NCBI GenBank assembly: GCA_017959905.1
Contig: JAGCZS010000005.1
Coordinates: 88,737 to 152,736 of the forward strand
Source: Bacilli bacterium
Lineage (GTDB): Bacteria > Bacillota_I > Bacilli_A > RFN20 > CAG-826
Length of the DNA: 64,000 bases
Direction: 5' to 3'
Shown here: piece after piece, positions 30,489 to 41,229 of the stretch
How the letters are laid out: every line of letters starts with the position of its first letter
How positions within the stretch are numbered: position 1 is the stretch's first letter
Translations under genes and position numbers: made by a program
The notes under the pieces: model-generated
The model's input: the letters and a program-made list of their open reading frames with translations, nothing else
What the model was told of the DNA's origin: nothing
Database searches by the model: none

Positions 30489-31478
30489 ATGGGATATTCA
30501 ACATCTTTTTCTTTAATTGTTGGCGGATTGGGATTATTCTTGTTTGCTTTGTTTGCGTTAAGTGACGAGATGAAGAAGATTACCTACAGCGCTAAATTTA
30601 AGAAAGTCATTTTAAGCATTACAAATAATAAGTTTGAAAGTTTTTTTATCGGCGTATTGTTTACAGCATTAATTCAAAGTAGTTCTTGTTCTTCGATTTT
30701 ATTTTTAAATTTAGTTGAAAGCAATATGATGACCACTTTAAGTTGTATAAGCGCTATTATTGGCGCTAATATAGGGACTTGTATAACGGCTTTTTTAGTG
30801 TCATTTTCATCTATATCTGTTTCAAAAATTATGCCGTATTTGTTATTTTTGTTTGCTTTTATTCTTATTTTGTACAAAAAAAAGAATGTGCAACAATTAT
30901 GCAAAATTTTATTATTATTTAATTTGATTTTTTTTGCTATTTTAGTTATCGATGTAAATGTAAAAAACATTTTTTTTGTTCAAGAAAAATCAAGTATTCT
31001 TAATTTTCTTAATTTTTTGTTTAGTTCTTCGATTCTCGGTTTTTTATTTGGTTTAGTTGTTACAGCAATTTTTCAATCATCAAGTATTGTTATAGCTATT
31101 CTTCAAGTTGTTTGTGGTACTTTCGGTTTGCATAACGTTTCTTTCGTGAATGTTTTTCCAATAATTATTGGCGCTAATGTAGGGGCTATTATGCCTTTAT
31201 TATTAATGTCCATTAATAAAACTATGGCCGTCAAAAAAATAACATATATTAATTTTTTTATAAAGACAATGACGGCTATGTTTTTTATGATTTTATTATT
31301 TTTGTTAGGCGATGTTATGAAAAACATGACTATTAACATCGACATAATGTTTCAAATAGCTTTAATTCACGTTTTGTTTAATTGTTTTGAGGCATTAATT
31401 TTTTTCCCAATCATTAAAAAATTGGATGTATTAAGCACGATTTTTTTGGAAAAAATATATAAAAATAAGAATAATTAA
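30489..31478 (+). CDS. Na/Pi-cotransporter-family (PF02690-like) membrane protein
   Basis: 329 aa, polytopic, with two repeats of the QSSS motif (TALIQSSSCSSILF and TAIFQSSSIVIAIL). Confidence 0.5.
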   Translation: MGYSTSFSLIVGGLGLFLFALFALSDEMKKITYSAKFKKVILSITNNKFESFFIGVLFTALIQSSSCSSILFLNLVESNMMTTLSCISAIIGANIGTCITAFLVSFSSISVSKIMPYLLFLFAFILILYKKKNVQQLCKILLLFNLIFFAILVIDVNVKNIFFVQEKSSILNFLNFLFSSSILGFLFGLVVTAIFQSSSIVIAILQVVCGTFGLHNVSFVNVFPIIIGANVGAIMPLLLMSINKTMAVKKITYINFFIKTMTAMFFMILLFLLGDVMKNMTINIDIMFQIALIHVLFNCFEALIFFPIIKKLDVLSTIFLEKIYKNKNN

Positions 31479-31504
31479 AAATTAGATATTAAAAGGGATA
31501 TTGT

Positions 31505-32203
31505 ATGAATAAAGAAATATACAAAGTAGTTTTTGTTAGGCACGGCGAAAGTAAATGGAATCAATTAAATTTATTTACTGGTTGGGCAGATGTTGATTTA
31601 AGTGAAAAAGGCATTCAAGAAGCTAACAATTGCGGAAACATAATAAAAAAAAATGGTTTTGATTTTGATTTATGTTATACATCTTATTTAAAGCGAGCCA
31701 TTCGTACATTAAATAGTATTTTATCGGTTATTGATAGTGAATGGATCCCAGTTATAAAAACTTGGCGTCTTAACGAAAGGCATTATGGCGCGTTGCAAGG
31801 ATTAAATAAAAAAGAGACATCGTTAAAGTATGGCGAAAAACAAGTAGAAATATGGAGACGCAGTTATTCGGTGATACCGCCTAAATTAGAAGAAAACGAT
31901 CCTAGATCGCCAAAACATGATAAAAAGTATTTAAATTTATCTAATGAAGAATTGCCATTATCAGAATCTTTGGAAGATACAGAGAAAAGAGTAATACCAT
32001 TTTGGAATAACGAAATAAAGCAGAAAATACAAGAAGGCAAAAGAGTTTTAATTGTCGCTCATGGAAATTCTCTGAGGTCATTAATTAAATTTTTAAATAA
32101 TTTAAATAGTGAAGAAATATTTAAAATTAATATACCAACAGGGAAACCATTTGTGTATGAATTTGACAAAAATTTTAACGTAATAAACAAATATTTTTTA
32201 TAA
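31505..32203 (+). CDS. gpmA: 2,3-bisphosphoglycerate-dependent phosphoglycerate mutase
   Basis: 232 aa with the active site VRHGESKWN, RAIRT, ERHYG and VAHGNSLR. Confidence 0.9.
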   Translation: MNKEIYKVVFVRHGESKWNQLNLFTGWADVDLSEKGIQEANNCGNIIKKNGFDFDLCYTSYLKRAIRTLNSILSVIDSEWIPVIKTWRLNERHYGALQGLNKKETSLKYGEKQVEIWRRSYSVIPPKLEENDPRSPKHDKKYLNLSNEELPLSESLEDTEKRVIPFWNNEIKQKIQEGKRVLIVAHGNSLRSLIKFLNNLNSEEIFKINIPTGKPFVYEFDKNFNVINKYFL

Positions 32204-32206
32204 AGC

Positions 32207-32428
32207 TTAAATTATTATTACATCTTGTGCTTCTTTAATTTCAGACATTAATAATACTTTAATTTCGTTGTTTGTGTTATTCAAAAAAATGCAATTTTTA
32301 CAAGCTCCTAATACATTTATATAAACAACACCCTTTTTAAATTCAATGAATTCTACATCACCGCCATCTTTTCTTAAAAAAGGTCTTATTTTATTTAATG
32401 TTTTCTTAATTTTTTCTTCTATTTTCAT
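32207..32428 (-). CDS. nfu: NifU C-terminal domain (Nfu-type) Fe-S cluster carrier protein
   Basis: 73 aa with IRPFLRKDGGDVEFIEF...GACKNC. Confidence 0.7.
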   Translation of the reverse strand: MKIEEKIKKTLNKIRPFLRKDGGDVEFIEFKKGVVYINVLGACKNCIFLNNTNNEIKVLLMSEIKEAQDVIII

Positions 32429-32475
32429 TTATAAAATATTTTATAATAAAATATGGTATTTTTTCGAATATAAAC

Positions 32476-33135
32476 ATGAACAATTGGAGTATTTTTTTTA
32501 AAAACATCCAAAATAAAGAATATGCAAAAAAAATTAAAGTTTTTTTGGATGATGAATATAATAATTACAATATATTTCCAGAAAGGAAAAATATTTTTAA
32601 AGCTTTTCAATTAACTAAGCCACAGGATATTAAAATAATCATTATCGGTCAGGATCCATATTGTCAAATTGGTCAGGCAACAGGATTAGCATTTTCTGTT
32701 GACAAAAATCAAAAAATACCCCCAAGTTTAGAAAATATTTTTAAAGAAATAGAATCCGAATACAATTTAAAGATGAAACAAAATGGTGATTTAACATATT
32801 TAGCCAATAGAGGATGTTTTTTATTAAATACTATTTTAACCGTTAGAGAGAATAGGCCACTTAGCCATGATATAAACGAGTATAAAGACTTTATAAAAGA
32901 TGTCTTGGAGTATATTGATAATTTAGAGCAATATATAGTTTTTTTACTTTGGGGAAGCAAAGCCAAACAGTATACAAAGTATATAAAAAACAAAAGGCGA
33001 TTAGTTTTATTAAGTGCGCATCCATCACCTTTATCAGCAAATAGAGGCGGTTGGTTTGGCAATAATCATTTCTTGAAAGCAAATACCTTTTTAGAAGAGC
33101 ATGGTATAAAGGGGGTTGATTGGAAAAATGATTAA
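32476..33135 (+). CDS. ung: Uracil-DNA glycosylase
   Basis: 219 aa with the water-activating loop IIGQDPY and HPSPLSA near the C-terminus. Confidence 0.9.
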   Translation: MNNWSIFFKNIQNKEYAKKIKVFLDDEYNNYNIFPERKNIFKAFQLTKPQDIKIIIIGQDPYCQIGQATGLAFSVDKNQKIPPSLENIFKEIESEYNLKMKQNGDLTYLANRGCFLLNTILTVRENRPLSHDINEYKDFIKDVLEYIDNLEQYIVFLLWGSKAKQYTKYIKNKRRLVLLSAHPSPLSANRGGWFGNNHFLKANTFLEEHGIKGVDWKND

Positions 33136-33685
33136 TTTTTCACTTGAAGAAATAATAGTATTGGGTCTTTTAACAGGACTTCATTTTGTATTAAATTTGC
33201 CGATTTTAAAAATATATGTTCCGATATGCTTAGGAACAATATCTTTTAAAACGTTCCCATTGTTTTTAATTGCATTAAATTTTTCCTTTTTAAAGTCATT
33301 TATAACAATTTTATTTTGTGCTGTCTTTGATTGGTTTTTAAGTGGATACCCATTATATACGTTTGTATTTGATTATGCCGTCCCATATTTGATAATTTTA
33401 ATTCTTGTATCGTTTAAAAATAAAATTATTTCAGAAAATCATAAATGTAAAAACTTTATTTTTGGTTGTGTTATGTTTTTCATATTTGCCGTTCGTTTAT
33501 TCTCACACGTTGTGTCAGGCGTTTTATTTTATGAAGTGTCATTTATTAATGCTTTCTTGTATAATTTTCCAAGTTGCTTTGCAAATGATTGTATTAACTT
33601 TTTTTTATTATTGTTTTTTTTAAAACAAAATCATCGTTATAGGTTAATTCATGAAGAAAATGGTAATTCTTTCCAAGAATTGTAG
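33116..33685 (+). CDS. Hypothetical polytopic membrane protein (possibly a transporter substrate-binding S component)
   Basis: 189 aa with 5-6 hydrophobic helices and no motifs. The start may be the internal ATG at 33128. Confidence 0.4.
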   Translation: MIGKMINFSLEEIIVLGLLTGLHFVLNLPILKIYVPICLGTISFKTFPLFLIALNFSFLKSFITILFCAVFDWFLSGYPLYTFVFDYAVPYLIILILVSFKNKIISENHKCKNFIFGCVMFFIFAVRLFSHVVSGVLFYEVSFINAFLYNFPSCFANDCINFFLLLFFLKQNHRYRLIHEENGNSFQEL

Positions 33686-34136
33686 TGATACTTTTAGAAT
33701 AGGAAAATTAATAGGAAATTATTTAACAAACAATGATGCTGTGTTATTATCTGGTGATTTAGGTAGCGGCAAAACTGTATTAGTTAAAGGAATAGCAAAA
33801 TCTTTAGGCATAAAGGAAGAAATAACATCACCAACTTTTGATATTTTAAAATGCTATAAAAAAAATAGCAGCATTTCGTTATGCCATATAGATGCTTATC
33901 GATTAAAAAGCGGAGATGATATAGGTTTAGAAGATATTATAAATAGTAATAAAAATATTGTTGTTATTGAGTGGCCTAATTTTATTAAGAAAGCTATTCA
34001 TAAACCATGTTTAGAAATAGAATTGAAATATACTAAAAAAAACGTCAATTTCAGACAAATTACAATTAATATACCTGATATTTATAAGAAAATAGGCGAT
34101 CTTTTTAATGAAAAAATATTATTTGATTTTAGATAG
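33651..34136 (+). CDS. tsaE: tRNA t6A biosynthesis protein TsaE (YjeE ATPase)
   Basis: 161 aa with the P-loop SGDLGSGKT and SPTFDI. Confidence 0.8.
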   Translation: MKKMVILSKNCSDTFRIGKLIGNYLTNNDAVLLSGDLGSGKTVLVKGIAKSLGIKEEITSPTFDILKCYKKNSSISLCHIDAYRLKSGDDIGLEDIINSNKNIVVIEWPNFIKKAIHKPCLEIELKYTKKNVNFRQITINIPDIYKKIGDLFNEKILFDFR

Positions 34137-34674
34137 TTCAGATACAACGCTAATTGTCGGTTTAAAAGATGATAAAAAATTAATCTACAGTATTTGTAAG
34201 GAATGCCCACAAATGCATAGTAAAGTGGAGATTCACTTTATAAATGAGGTGTTGAAACTCAATAAATTAAATTTTAGTGATTTAAACGGAATTATTATAA
34301 CAACAGGACCAGGTTCTTTTGTTGGCATTAGAATATCTTTAACGATTGCAAAAATATTTTCTTTTGTTTTAAAAATACCAATCTATTCTATTTCTACTTT
34401 GCGTGCGAATAGTATAATAGGCGAAAAGAATATTGTTTTGTTAGATGCTAAAGGCGATAGATCTTATATGGCAATTTTTGATGAAAATAATAACTATTTG
34501 TTAGAAGATTCTCTGTTGAATAATAGAGAAGTTAAAAAATACATTAATAAAAAAAGCGTTAATTTTATTAAAATCGTTTGCAAATCTAATTATTTAAAAT
34601 TAAAAAATAAAAATCTTATTTTAACAAAGAACAATTTTTTAAAAAATGTTGATTTTTTTATTTCTTCAAAATAA
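34108..34674 (+). CDS. tsaB: tRNA t6A biosynthesis protein TsaB (YeaZ)
   Basis: 188 aa. ASKHA-fold N-terminus (YLILDSSDTTLIVGL...GPGSFVGIRI). Adjacent to tsaE. Confidence 0.75.
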   Translation: MKKYYLILDSSDTTLIVGLKDDKKLIYSICKECPQMHSKVEIHFINEVLKLNKLNFSDLNGIIITTGPGSFVGIRISLTIAKIFSFVLKIPIYSISTLRANSIIGEKNIVLLDAKGDRSYMAIFDENNNYLLEDSLLNNREVKKYINKKSVNFIKIVCKSNYLKLKNKNLILTKNNFLKNVDFFISSK

Positions 34675-35152
34675 GGCCGAAGATATAAAGAAAAATATTT
34701 TCTATTGATATTGCGTCAATGATTTGGATATTTTCTGCTACTACTTTGATTAAATAACCGAAAATTGGTATTTCTAAAGCAGATTCAATTGTTTCTGATG
34801 TTGCATCTAAGTATATTCTAAGAATACTATTTAATGCCCCCATTACTATTATGAATATTATTATTTTAATCATAACGAAAATAAGATGTTTAATCATAAC
34901 GAAAATAAGATGTTTAAAATTTTGAAAAATTGTTATTAGTATTATTTTTTCATCGTTATTTAAGTCATTGTTTGTCTGTGTTCGAACGTTGTTTTTACTT
35001 TTATTAATATCTTCTTGTTTTTTTAACATACATTTTTTAATTTTTTCATGAATATTAATGATGTCCTGAATAAAAAACAAGCTAGACATAAAAAAACAAA
35101 AAATAAATAATATGTTAATAATAAATAATATTTTTTTAAATAGTTTTAACAT
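34658..35152 (-). CDS. Hypothetical small membrane protein containing an internal 24-bp tandem duplication
   Basis: 164 aa with two hydrophobic segments. The duplicated peptide is KHLIFVMI KHLIFVMI. Confidence 0.35.
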   Translation of the reverse strand: MLKLFKKILFIINILFIFCFFMSSLFFIQDIINIHEKIKKCMLKKQEDINKSKNNVRTQTNNDLNNDEKIILITIFQNFKHLIFVMIKHLIFVMIKIIIFIIVMGALNSILRIYLDATSETIESALEIPIFGYLIKVVAENIQIIDAISIENIFLYIFGLILKK

Positions 35153-35207
35153 GTTTTTTAATTTTATTATAAATTTAATTTAATTATAATTAAAGAAAAT
35201 ACGAAAT

Positions 35208-36221
35208 ATGCCAATAATTTTAGCTGTTGAAACTAGTTGCGATGAGACAGCAGTTGCTATTATTAAAAATGGTAAATTATTAAGTAATGTCGTTTCTTCA
35301 CAAGTTGATGTTCATAAAAAAAGCGGTGGTGTGATTCCAGATGTCGCAGCTCGTTTGCATGTGGAAAATATAATAAGCATTTTGCAGCAAGCATTAAAAG
35401 AAGCAAAAATTCATTTAAAAGATATAAAAGCTATAGCTGTAACACGCGGTCCAGGATTAATAACAGCTTTGCATATAGGGGTGCAAGCAGCAAAAACATT
35501 ATCTTTAATTTTGAATAAACCATTAATTCCTGTTCATCATCTTGCGGCGCATATATATGCTTGTGAATTTGTTAAAAAATTCCGTTTTCCGTTAATAGCG
35601 TTAATAATTTCTGGCGGCAGCACAGCCATTATTTTAATGAAAAAACATTTAGATTTTAAAATTATTGGCGAAACTAGGGATGATGCTGTAGGAGAATGTT
35701 TTGATAAAATAGCACGTTTTTTGGGTTTTGATTATCCAGGCGGCGCAAAAATAGATGAATTAGCTAAAAAAGGTAAATATAAGTATGAATTGCCGACTCC
35801 TTTGTTAAAGGATAGATATAATTTTTCTTTTTCTGGTTTGAAGACTGCTGTTATTAATTTAGTCAAAAAAGAAGAACAAAAAAAAGAAAAAATAAACTAT
35901 AATAATCTATGTTTTTCTTTTGAAAAAGTAGCTATTGATACGATAATTCAGAAAACTTTTAATGCTGTTTTTGATTATAAAGCAAAACAAGTATTAATTG
36001 CCGGCGGCGTTTCTGCAAATTCATATTTACGAGAAAATATGCTTTTAATGGCGAAAAATAATAATATAGACATTATTATACCGCCAATATGGTGCACAAC
36101 TGATAACGCAGCTATGGTTGCTAAAATTGCTGAGAGATTATATAAAAAAAAAATGTTCGCATCTTTTTTTTTAGATGCCGATCCCAATTGGAAAATAAAC
36201 GATTTTTGTAATTTTGAATAA
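35208..36221 (+). CDS. tsaD: tRNA N6-adenosine threonylcarbamoyltransferase TsaD (Kae1/Gcp)
   Basis: 337 aa. Starts MPIILAVETSCDETAVAII, with metal-binding HHLAAH. Confidence 0.9.
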   Translation: MPIILAVETSCDETAVAIIKNGKLLSNVVSSQVDVHKKSGGVIPDVAARLHVENIISILQQALKEAKIHLKDIKAIAVTRGPGLITALHIGVQAAKTLSLILNKPLIPVHHLAAHIYACEFVKKFRFPLIALIISGGSTAIILMKKHLDFKIIGETRDDAVGECFDKIARFLGFDYPGGAKIDELAKKGKYKYELPTPLLKDRYNFSFSGLKTAVINLVKKEEQKKEKINYNNLCFSFEKVAIDTIIQKTFNAVFDYKAKQVLIAGGVSANSYLRENMLLMAKNNNIDIIIPPIWCTTDNAAMVAKIAERLYKKKMFASFFLDADPNWKINDFCNFE

Positions 36222-37590
36222 TGGAGGGTTTGTGTTAAAAAAAAATAATATTAAAAAATTGTATTTGTATGCAAAGACAATTAAAGACAAACAAACAGTA
36301 ATTGTTAATGGTTGGATAAAAGCAAATCGTCACAATTCTACTATTGGTTTTATAGAGTTGAATGATGGAACAACAATTAAAAATGTTCAATTAGTGTATA
36401 AATCAACAGACATTTTTTTTAATGAATTATCAAAATTGCTAATTGGCTCTTTTTTAAACGTTGAAGGAATTTTTAAAAGAACAGAAGGCAAACAACAGCC
36501 GTTTGAAATAATTATTAAAAAGATTGTCGATTTTCGTAGCTGTGATAACGATTACCCATTGCAAAAGCAAAAACATAATTTTGAATTTTTAAGAGATATA
36601 GCGCATATTAGGGGGCGTTCTAATACATTTGGCGCTATTAATCGTGTAAGAAATTGTTTAGCGATGGCTATGCATTTTTTTTTACAAAAACACAATTTTT
36701 TATGGATCCATACCCCTATAATAACAAGCAACGACGCCGAAGGCGCAGGAGAAAAGTTTAAAGTTACTGTTAATAATAAAAATTTTTTTGATTGTGATGC
36801 GTTTTTAACAGTCTCAGGGCAACTTCATGCAGAATCTTTAGCGTTGTCTTTTGGAAACGTTTATACTTTCGGACCTACTTTTAGAGCAGAAAAATCACAT
36901 ACAACAACGCACGCTTCAGAGTTTTGGATGTTAGAACCAGAAATGGCTTTTTCTGATTTAAAAGATATTATGAAAATAATAGAGCGATTGATAAAATTTT
37001 GCATTAAGTATGTTTTAAAAGAATGTAAAAATGAAATAGATTTTTTCAATAATTTTATTGATAATAATTTAATAGAAAAATTAAATAATGTCTTAAACAA
37101 TAAATTTGCTTGTGTTACATATACAAAAGTTATAGAAATTTTAAAAGATAATGCTTTTAAAGCTAATTTTGAAAATAAGAATATTTTTTGGGGTATGGAT
37201 TTGCAAACAGAACATGAGCGCTTTATTACGGAAAAAATATTTAAAAAACCAGTATTTGTTGTTAACTATCCAAAAGAAATTAAAGCTTTTTATATGAGGT
37301 TAAATAGAGATAATAAAACAGTTGCAGCTTGCGATTTGTTAGTTCCTGAAGTTGGAGAATTAGTTGGCGGTTCACAACGCGAAGATAGGTATGATGTTTT
37401 AAAAAAAGCCATAGAACATTTTAGTGATTATAGAAAGTTAGAGTGGTATCTTGATTTAAGAAAATATGGCTGTTGTACACATTCAGGTTTTGGAATAGGT
37501 TTTGATAGGTTTTTAATGTATATTACCGGGATGAAAAATATACGTGATGTTCAAATTTTTCCGCGCGTTCATGGACATATTCAATATTAA
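36214..37590 (+). CDS. asnS: Asparaginyl-tRNA synthetase
   Basis: 458 aa. Class II motifs (FRAEKSHTTTHASEFWMLEPE, GFGIGFDRFLMYITG). The size fits AsnRS rather than AspRS. Confidence 0.8.
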   Translation: MNNGGFVLKKNNIKKLYLYAKTIKDKQTVIVNGWIKANRHNSTIGFIELNDGTTIKNVQLVYKSTDIFFNELSKLLIGSFLNVEGIFKRTEGKQQPFEIIIKKIVDFRSCDNDYPLQKQKHNFEFLRDIAHIRGRSNTFGAINRVRNCLAMAMHFFLQKHNFLWIHTPIITSNDAEGAGEKFKVTVNNKNFFDCDAFLTVSGQLHAESLALSFGNVYTFGPTFRAEKSHTTTHASEFWMLEPEMAFSDLKDIMKIIERLIKFCIKYVLKECKNEIDFFNNFIDNNLIEKLNNVLNNKFACVTYTKVIEILKDNAFKANFENKNIFWGMDLQTEHERFITEKIFKKPVFVVNYPKEIKAFYMRLNRDNKTVAACDLLVPEVGELVGGSQREDRYDVLKKAIEHFSDYRKLEWYLDLRKYGCCTHSGFGIGFDRFLMYITGMKNIRDVQIFPRVHGHIQY

Positions 37591-37707
37591 TTTGTTTTAA
37601 TTGTGTTTTTAATTAATTATTTTTATAATTAATTTATTATTTATAATTGTTTACTTTATTAAGGTGTTAGAAAAATAGACTAAAGTTAAATTTAAACTGG
37701 ATGAAAT

Positions 37708-40110
37708 ATGGGAATTATAAAAGTTATCAAAAATTTAATCAAAAGTTTCGCTAAAAATATTTTTTTTCTTAATAAAAGAATGTTAAAAAAATATACTAAG
37801 GAAGCTGAATTAATAATTAAAATGGAAGATCAAATAAAATCGTTAACAGACGAAGAATTAAAACAAAAAACAATTGATTTTAAACAATTATTATCGAATA
37901 AAGAAGCAACAATTGGGCAAATAAAGCATGAAGCCTTCGCTGTTGCTCGCGAAGCAGCAAGACGTGTTTTAGGACAATTACCATATAAAGTTCAAATAAT
38001 AGGCGCTTTAGCTTTACATGATGGACATATAGCCGAAATGAAAACCGGTGAGGGAAAAACTTTAACATCTACTATGGCTATTTATTTAAATGCTTTAACG
38101 GGTAAAGGCGTTCATATAGTTACTGTTAACGAATATCTTGCCACGCGTGATGCTAATTGGATGGGGCAAATATTTAAATTTTTAGGTTTAAGTGTTGGCG
38201 TGAGTTTAAAAGATAATAATTTGCGCGAAAAGCAGGCAGCTTATGCTTGTGATATTACTTATACAACAAATTCAGAATTAGGTTTTGATTATCTTCGTGA
38301 TAACATGATAAAAAACAAAGAAGAAAAAGTTCTTCGTGATCTTAATTTTATTATTATTGATGAAGCTGATTCTATTTTAATCGATGAAAGTAGAACGCCT
38401 CTTATTATTTCAGGGGGAAAAAAAACTAGCGAAAATGAGTACGTTATAGTCGACAAATTTGTGAAGACATTAAAAAAAGATCAAGATTTTTTAATTGATT
38501 TAAAGGATATGATTTGTTATTTAAGTGACGCAGGTGCTAAAAAAGCAGAAAAAGCTTTTTCGATACAAAATATTTACGATTCTAAACATACAGAATTGCT
38601 ACATCATATATATCAATCTTTAAGAGCTAATTTTATTATGGTGCGTGATGTTGAATATACTGTAATTAATTCTGAAATTCAAATAATAGATCAATTTACA
38701 GGGCGAATTTTGAAGAATATGGAGTATAGTGATGGACTACATCAAGCAATACAAGCAAAAGAAAACGTGAAAATTAAGCCAGAAACGCGCGTTTTGGCAA
38801 CAATTACATACCAAAATTTTTTCCGTTTATATAAAAAAATGTCTGGCATGACAGGAACAGCAAAAACAGAAGAAGAAGAGTTTCAAAAAATTTATAACAT
38901 GGATGTTATTTGCGTGCCGACAAATAAACCAATTATAAGAACAGACGCGATTGATCGAGTTTTTGTTCATAAACAGCCAAAATTAGACGCTATTGTAAAT
39001 GAAATTAAAGAAAGGCATAAAAAAGGTCAACCTATTTTAGTTGGAACGACTTCTGTTGAGTCAAGTGAAGAAATATCAAAATTATTAACAAAAAACGGTT
39101 TAAAACATGAAGTTTTAAATGCAAAGAATCATATGAAAGAAGCTGCTATAATTGCGCAAGCAGGGAAAAAAAATCAAATAACTATTGCTACTAATATGGC
39201 TGGAAGAGGAACGGATATTAAAATAGATAAAGAAGTTGTGGCATTAGGCGGTTTATGTGTTTTAGGCACAGAACGTCATGAAGCTAGAAGAATAGATAAT
39301 CAGTTAAGAGGCCGTGCCGGAAGACAAGGTGATCCTGGATTTACGCGTTTTTTTGTTTCATTTGATGATTCATTAATGAAACGTTTTGCTAGCGAAAGAA
39401 TGATGAAATATTATGAATCATTAGGATCAGAATCGTTAGAATCGCGTTTATTAATGCACGTTATCACAAACGCCCAAAAACAAATAGAAGGAAAAAATTT
39501 TGATGTTCGTAAAAATGTGCTTGATTATGATAATGTTTTGTCAAAACAACGTGAAATAATTTATGCCGAGAGATATGAAACTGTTTGTTCAAACAATATC
39601 GATAAGGTAATATTAGATTTTTTTTATAACGTCGCAAATAATATAGTTAAATCATTATCTAATTCGGAAGAAAAAAGCACTAACAATGAAATTTTAAAAT
39701 ATTTTGGTCAATTATCTTTTATGCAGGATTTTATTACAAAATTTCAAAATAATGATGTCAGTGAAGACAAAGCTAGTAATGAGTTAAAAAATATTCTTTT
39801 TGATTTTTATGATAAGCTACGTGAAGAAGTAGGAAAAGATATTGTTAAAAGTAATGAAAAAAATATTATTTTGGACGTTATTGATCAAAATTGGACTAGA
39901 CATATTGATCATATGTCCAATCTTAGAGAAGGTATTTATTTAAGAGGTTATGCAAACGTTAATCCTTTACAAGCATACGTTAATGAAGGATATACATTGT
40001 TTAAAGATATGTTTAGCAATATTTCTGTTGAAGCTACATGTTTGTTATTAAAACGAGCAATTCTTTTAAGAAAAAATAAAATACAGACAAGAGTTAGATT
40101 TACGAGATAA
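37708..40110 (+). CDS. secA: Preprotein translocase ATPase SecA
   Basis: 800 aa with Walker A MKTGEGKTL, DEAD-like FIIIDEADSILIDE and conserved motor domains. The start may be at a downstream ATG. Confidence 0.9.
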   Translation: MGIIKVIKNLIKSFAKNIFFLNKRMLKKYTKEAELIIKMEDQIKSLTDEELKQKTIDFKQLLSNKEATIGQIKHEAFAVAREAARRVLGQLPYKVQIIGALALHDGHIAEMKTGEGKTLTSTMAIYLNALTGKGVHIVTVNEYLATRDANWMGQIFKFLGLSVGVSLKDNNLREKQAAYACDITYTTNSELGFDYLRDNMIKNKEEKVLRDLNFIIIDEADSILIDESRTPLIISGGKKTSENEYVIVDKFVKTLKKDQDFLIDLKDMICYLSDAGAKKAEKAFSIQNIYDSKHTELLHHIYQSLRANFIMVRDVEYTVINSEIQIIDQFTGRILKNMEYSDGLHQAIQAKENVKIKPETRVLATITYQNFFRLYKKMSGMTGTAKTEEEEFQKIYNMDVICVPTNKPIIRTDAIDRVFVHKQPKLDAIVNEIKERHKKGQPILVGTTSVESSEEISKLLTKNGLKHEVLNAKNHMKEAAIIAQAGKKNQITIATNMAGRGTDIKIDKEVVALGGLCVLGTERHEARRIDNQLRGRAGRQGDPGFTRFFVSFDDSLMKRFASERMMKYYESLGSESLESRLLMHVITNAQKQIEGKNFDVRKNVLDYDNVLSKQREIIYAERYETVCSNNIDKVILDFFYNVANNIVKSLSNSEEKSTNNEILKYFGQLSFMQDFITKFQNNDVSEDKASNELKNILFDFYDKLREEVGKDIVKSNEKNIILDVIDQNWTRHIDHMSNLREGIYLRGYANVNPLQAYVNEGYTLFKDMFSNISVEATCLLLKRAILLRKNKIQTRVRFTR

Positions 40111-40116
40111 TATTTA

Positions 40117-41229
40117 ATGGAGTCTTTAGAAGAATTACGTTATCAATTTAATAAATATTTAAGTGAAATTGATTATATTAAGAATTGTTTCGATATAAAA
40201 AAATTAGAAGTAAATATTAAAAGAATAGAAGCAAAGCAAAATGATAGTAGTTTTTGGCGCGATAGGCAAGCAGCTTTAAAAGAAATTAACGATCTAAAAA
40301 ACGAAAGCGATATTTTTAATAGATTGCTAAAAATAGATTCAGAATGTAAGGAATTACAATTAATATTTAAGGAAAATGATAATAATTTTTTTAGTTTAGC
40401 CAAAGAAACTTTTAGCGATTTAGTTAGTAATATTAATATATTAAAAAAAAGAATTTTATTATTTGAAGAATATGATAAATTTGACGCTATCTTAACCATT
40501 CATTCAGGAGCTGGCGGAATTGAAGCTGCTGATTGGGCAAATATGTTATTTAGGATGTATACTAGATACGCCGAAAAAAATCAGTTTAAATTAGAATTAA
40601 TGGATATTCAATATGTTGAAAATCAAATTTTAAAAAGTGTTAATATGAAAATTATTGGTGATTTTGCTTATGGTTTATTAAAAAGCGAAAAAGGCATACA
40701 TCGATTAATACGAATTTCACCATTCGACGCTAATGCCAGGCGCCATACGTCTTTTGCTTCTGTAAATGTTATTCCTGATTTAGGTGATAAAATAAATATT
40801 AAAATTAACGAGGACGATTTAGAAATAGAAGCTTTTAGAAGCGGAGGTGCTGGCGGACAAAATGTTAATAAAGTTTCAAGTGCCGTTCGAATTACACACG
40901 TTCCGACAGGAATAGTTGTTAGTTGTCAAACTGAGCGAAGTCAATTAATAAATAAGAATACGTGTATGAAAATGTTGGAAAAATTACTTTATCAAAAAGA
41001 ATTAGAAAAAAAACAAAAAAAGATTGATGATATAATAGGAATTAAAAAAAATATAGAATGGAGTAATCAAATACGTACATATACTTTTTGTCCATATACA
41101 TTAGTAAAAGACCATAGGACTAATTTTGAAAATACTAATGTTAAAGAAGTTATGGACGGAAATATAGATGGTTTTATATATTCGTATTTAAAATATATAT
41201 TTTCTAAGGAGAAAAAAAATGCTTTATAA
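40117..41229 (+). CDS. prfB: Peptide chain release factor 2, encoded as a single uninterrupted ORF (no programmed +1 frameshift)
   Basis: 370 aa with the SPF tripeptide ([18 protein letters not shown]) and GGQ ([12 protein letters not shown]). Confidence 0.85.
   Translation: MESLEELRYQFNKYLSEIDYIKNCFDIKKLEVNIKRIEAKQNDSSFWRDRQAALKEINDLKNESDIFNRLLKIDSECKELQLIFKENDNNFFSLAKETFSDLVSNINILKKRILLFEEYDKFDAILTIHSGAGGIEAADWANMLFRMYTRYAEKNQFKLELMDIQYVENQILKSVNMKIIGDFAYGLLKSEKGIHRLIRISPFDANARRHTSFASVNVIPDLGDKINIKINEDDLEIEAFRSGGAGGQNVNKVSSAVRITHVPTGIVVSCQTERSQLINKNTCMKMLEKLLYQKELEKKQKKIDDIIGIKKNIEWSNQIRTYTFCPYTLVKDHRTNFENTNVKEVMDGNIDGFIYSYLKYIFSKEKKNAL

Noticed and set aside
32425-32610. A 61-aa minus-strand ORF between nfu and ung.
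   Set aside because: It overlaps the ung 5' end and its promoter region. Composition is I/F/K low-complexity. Judged spurious.
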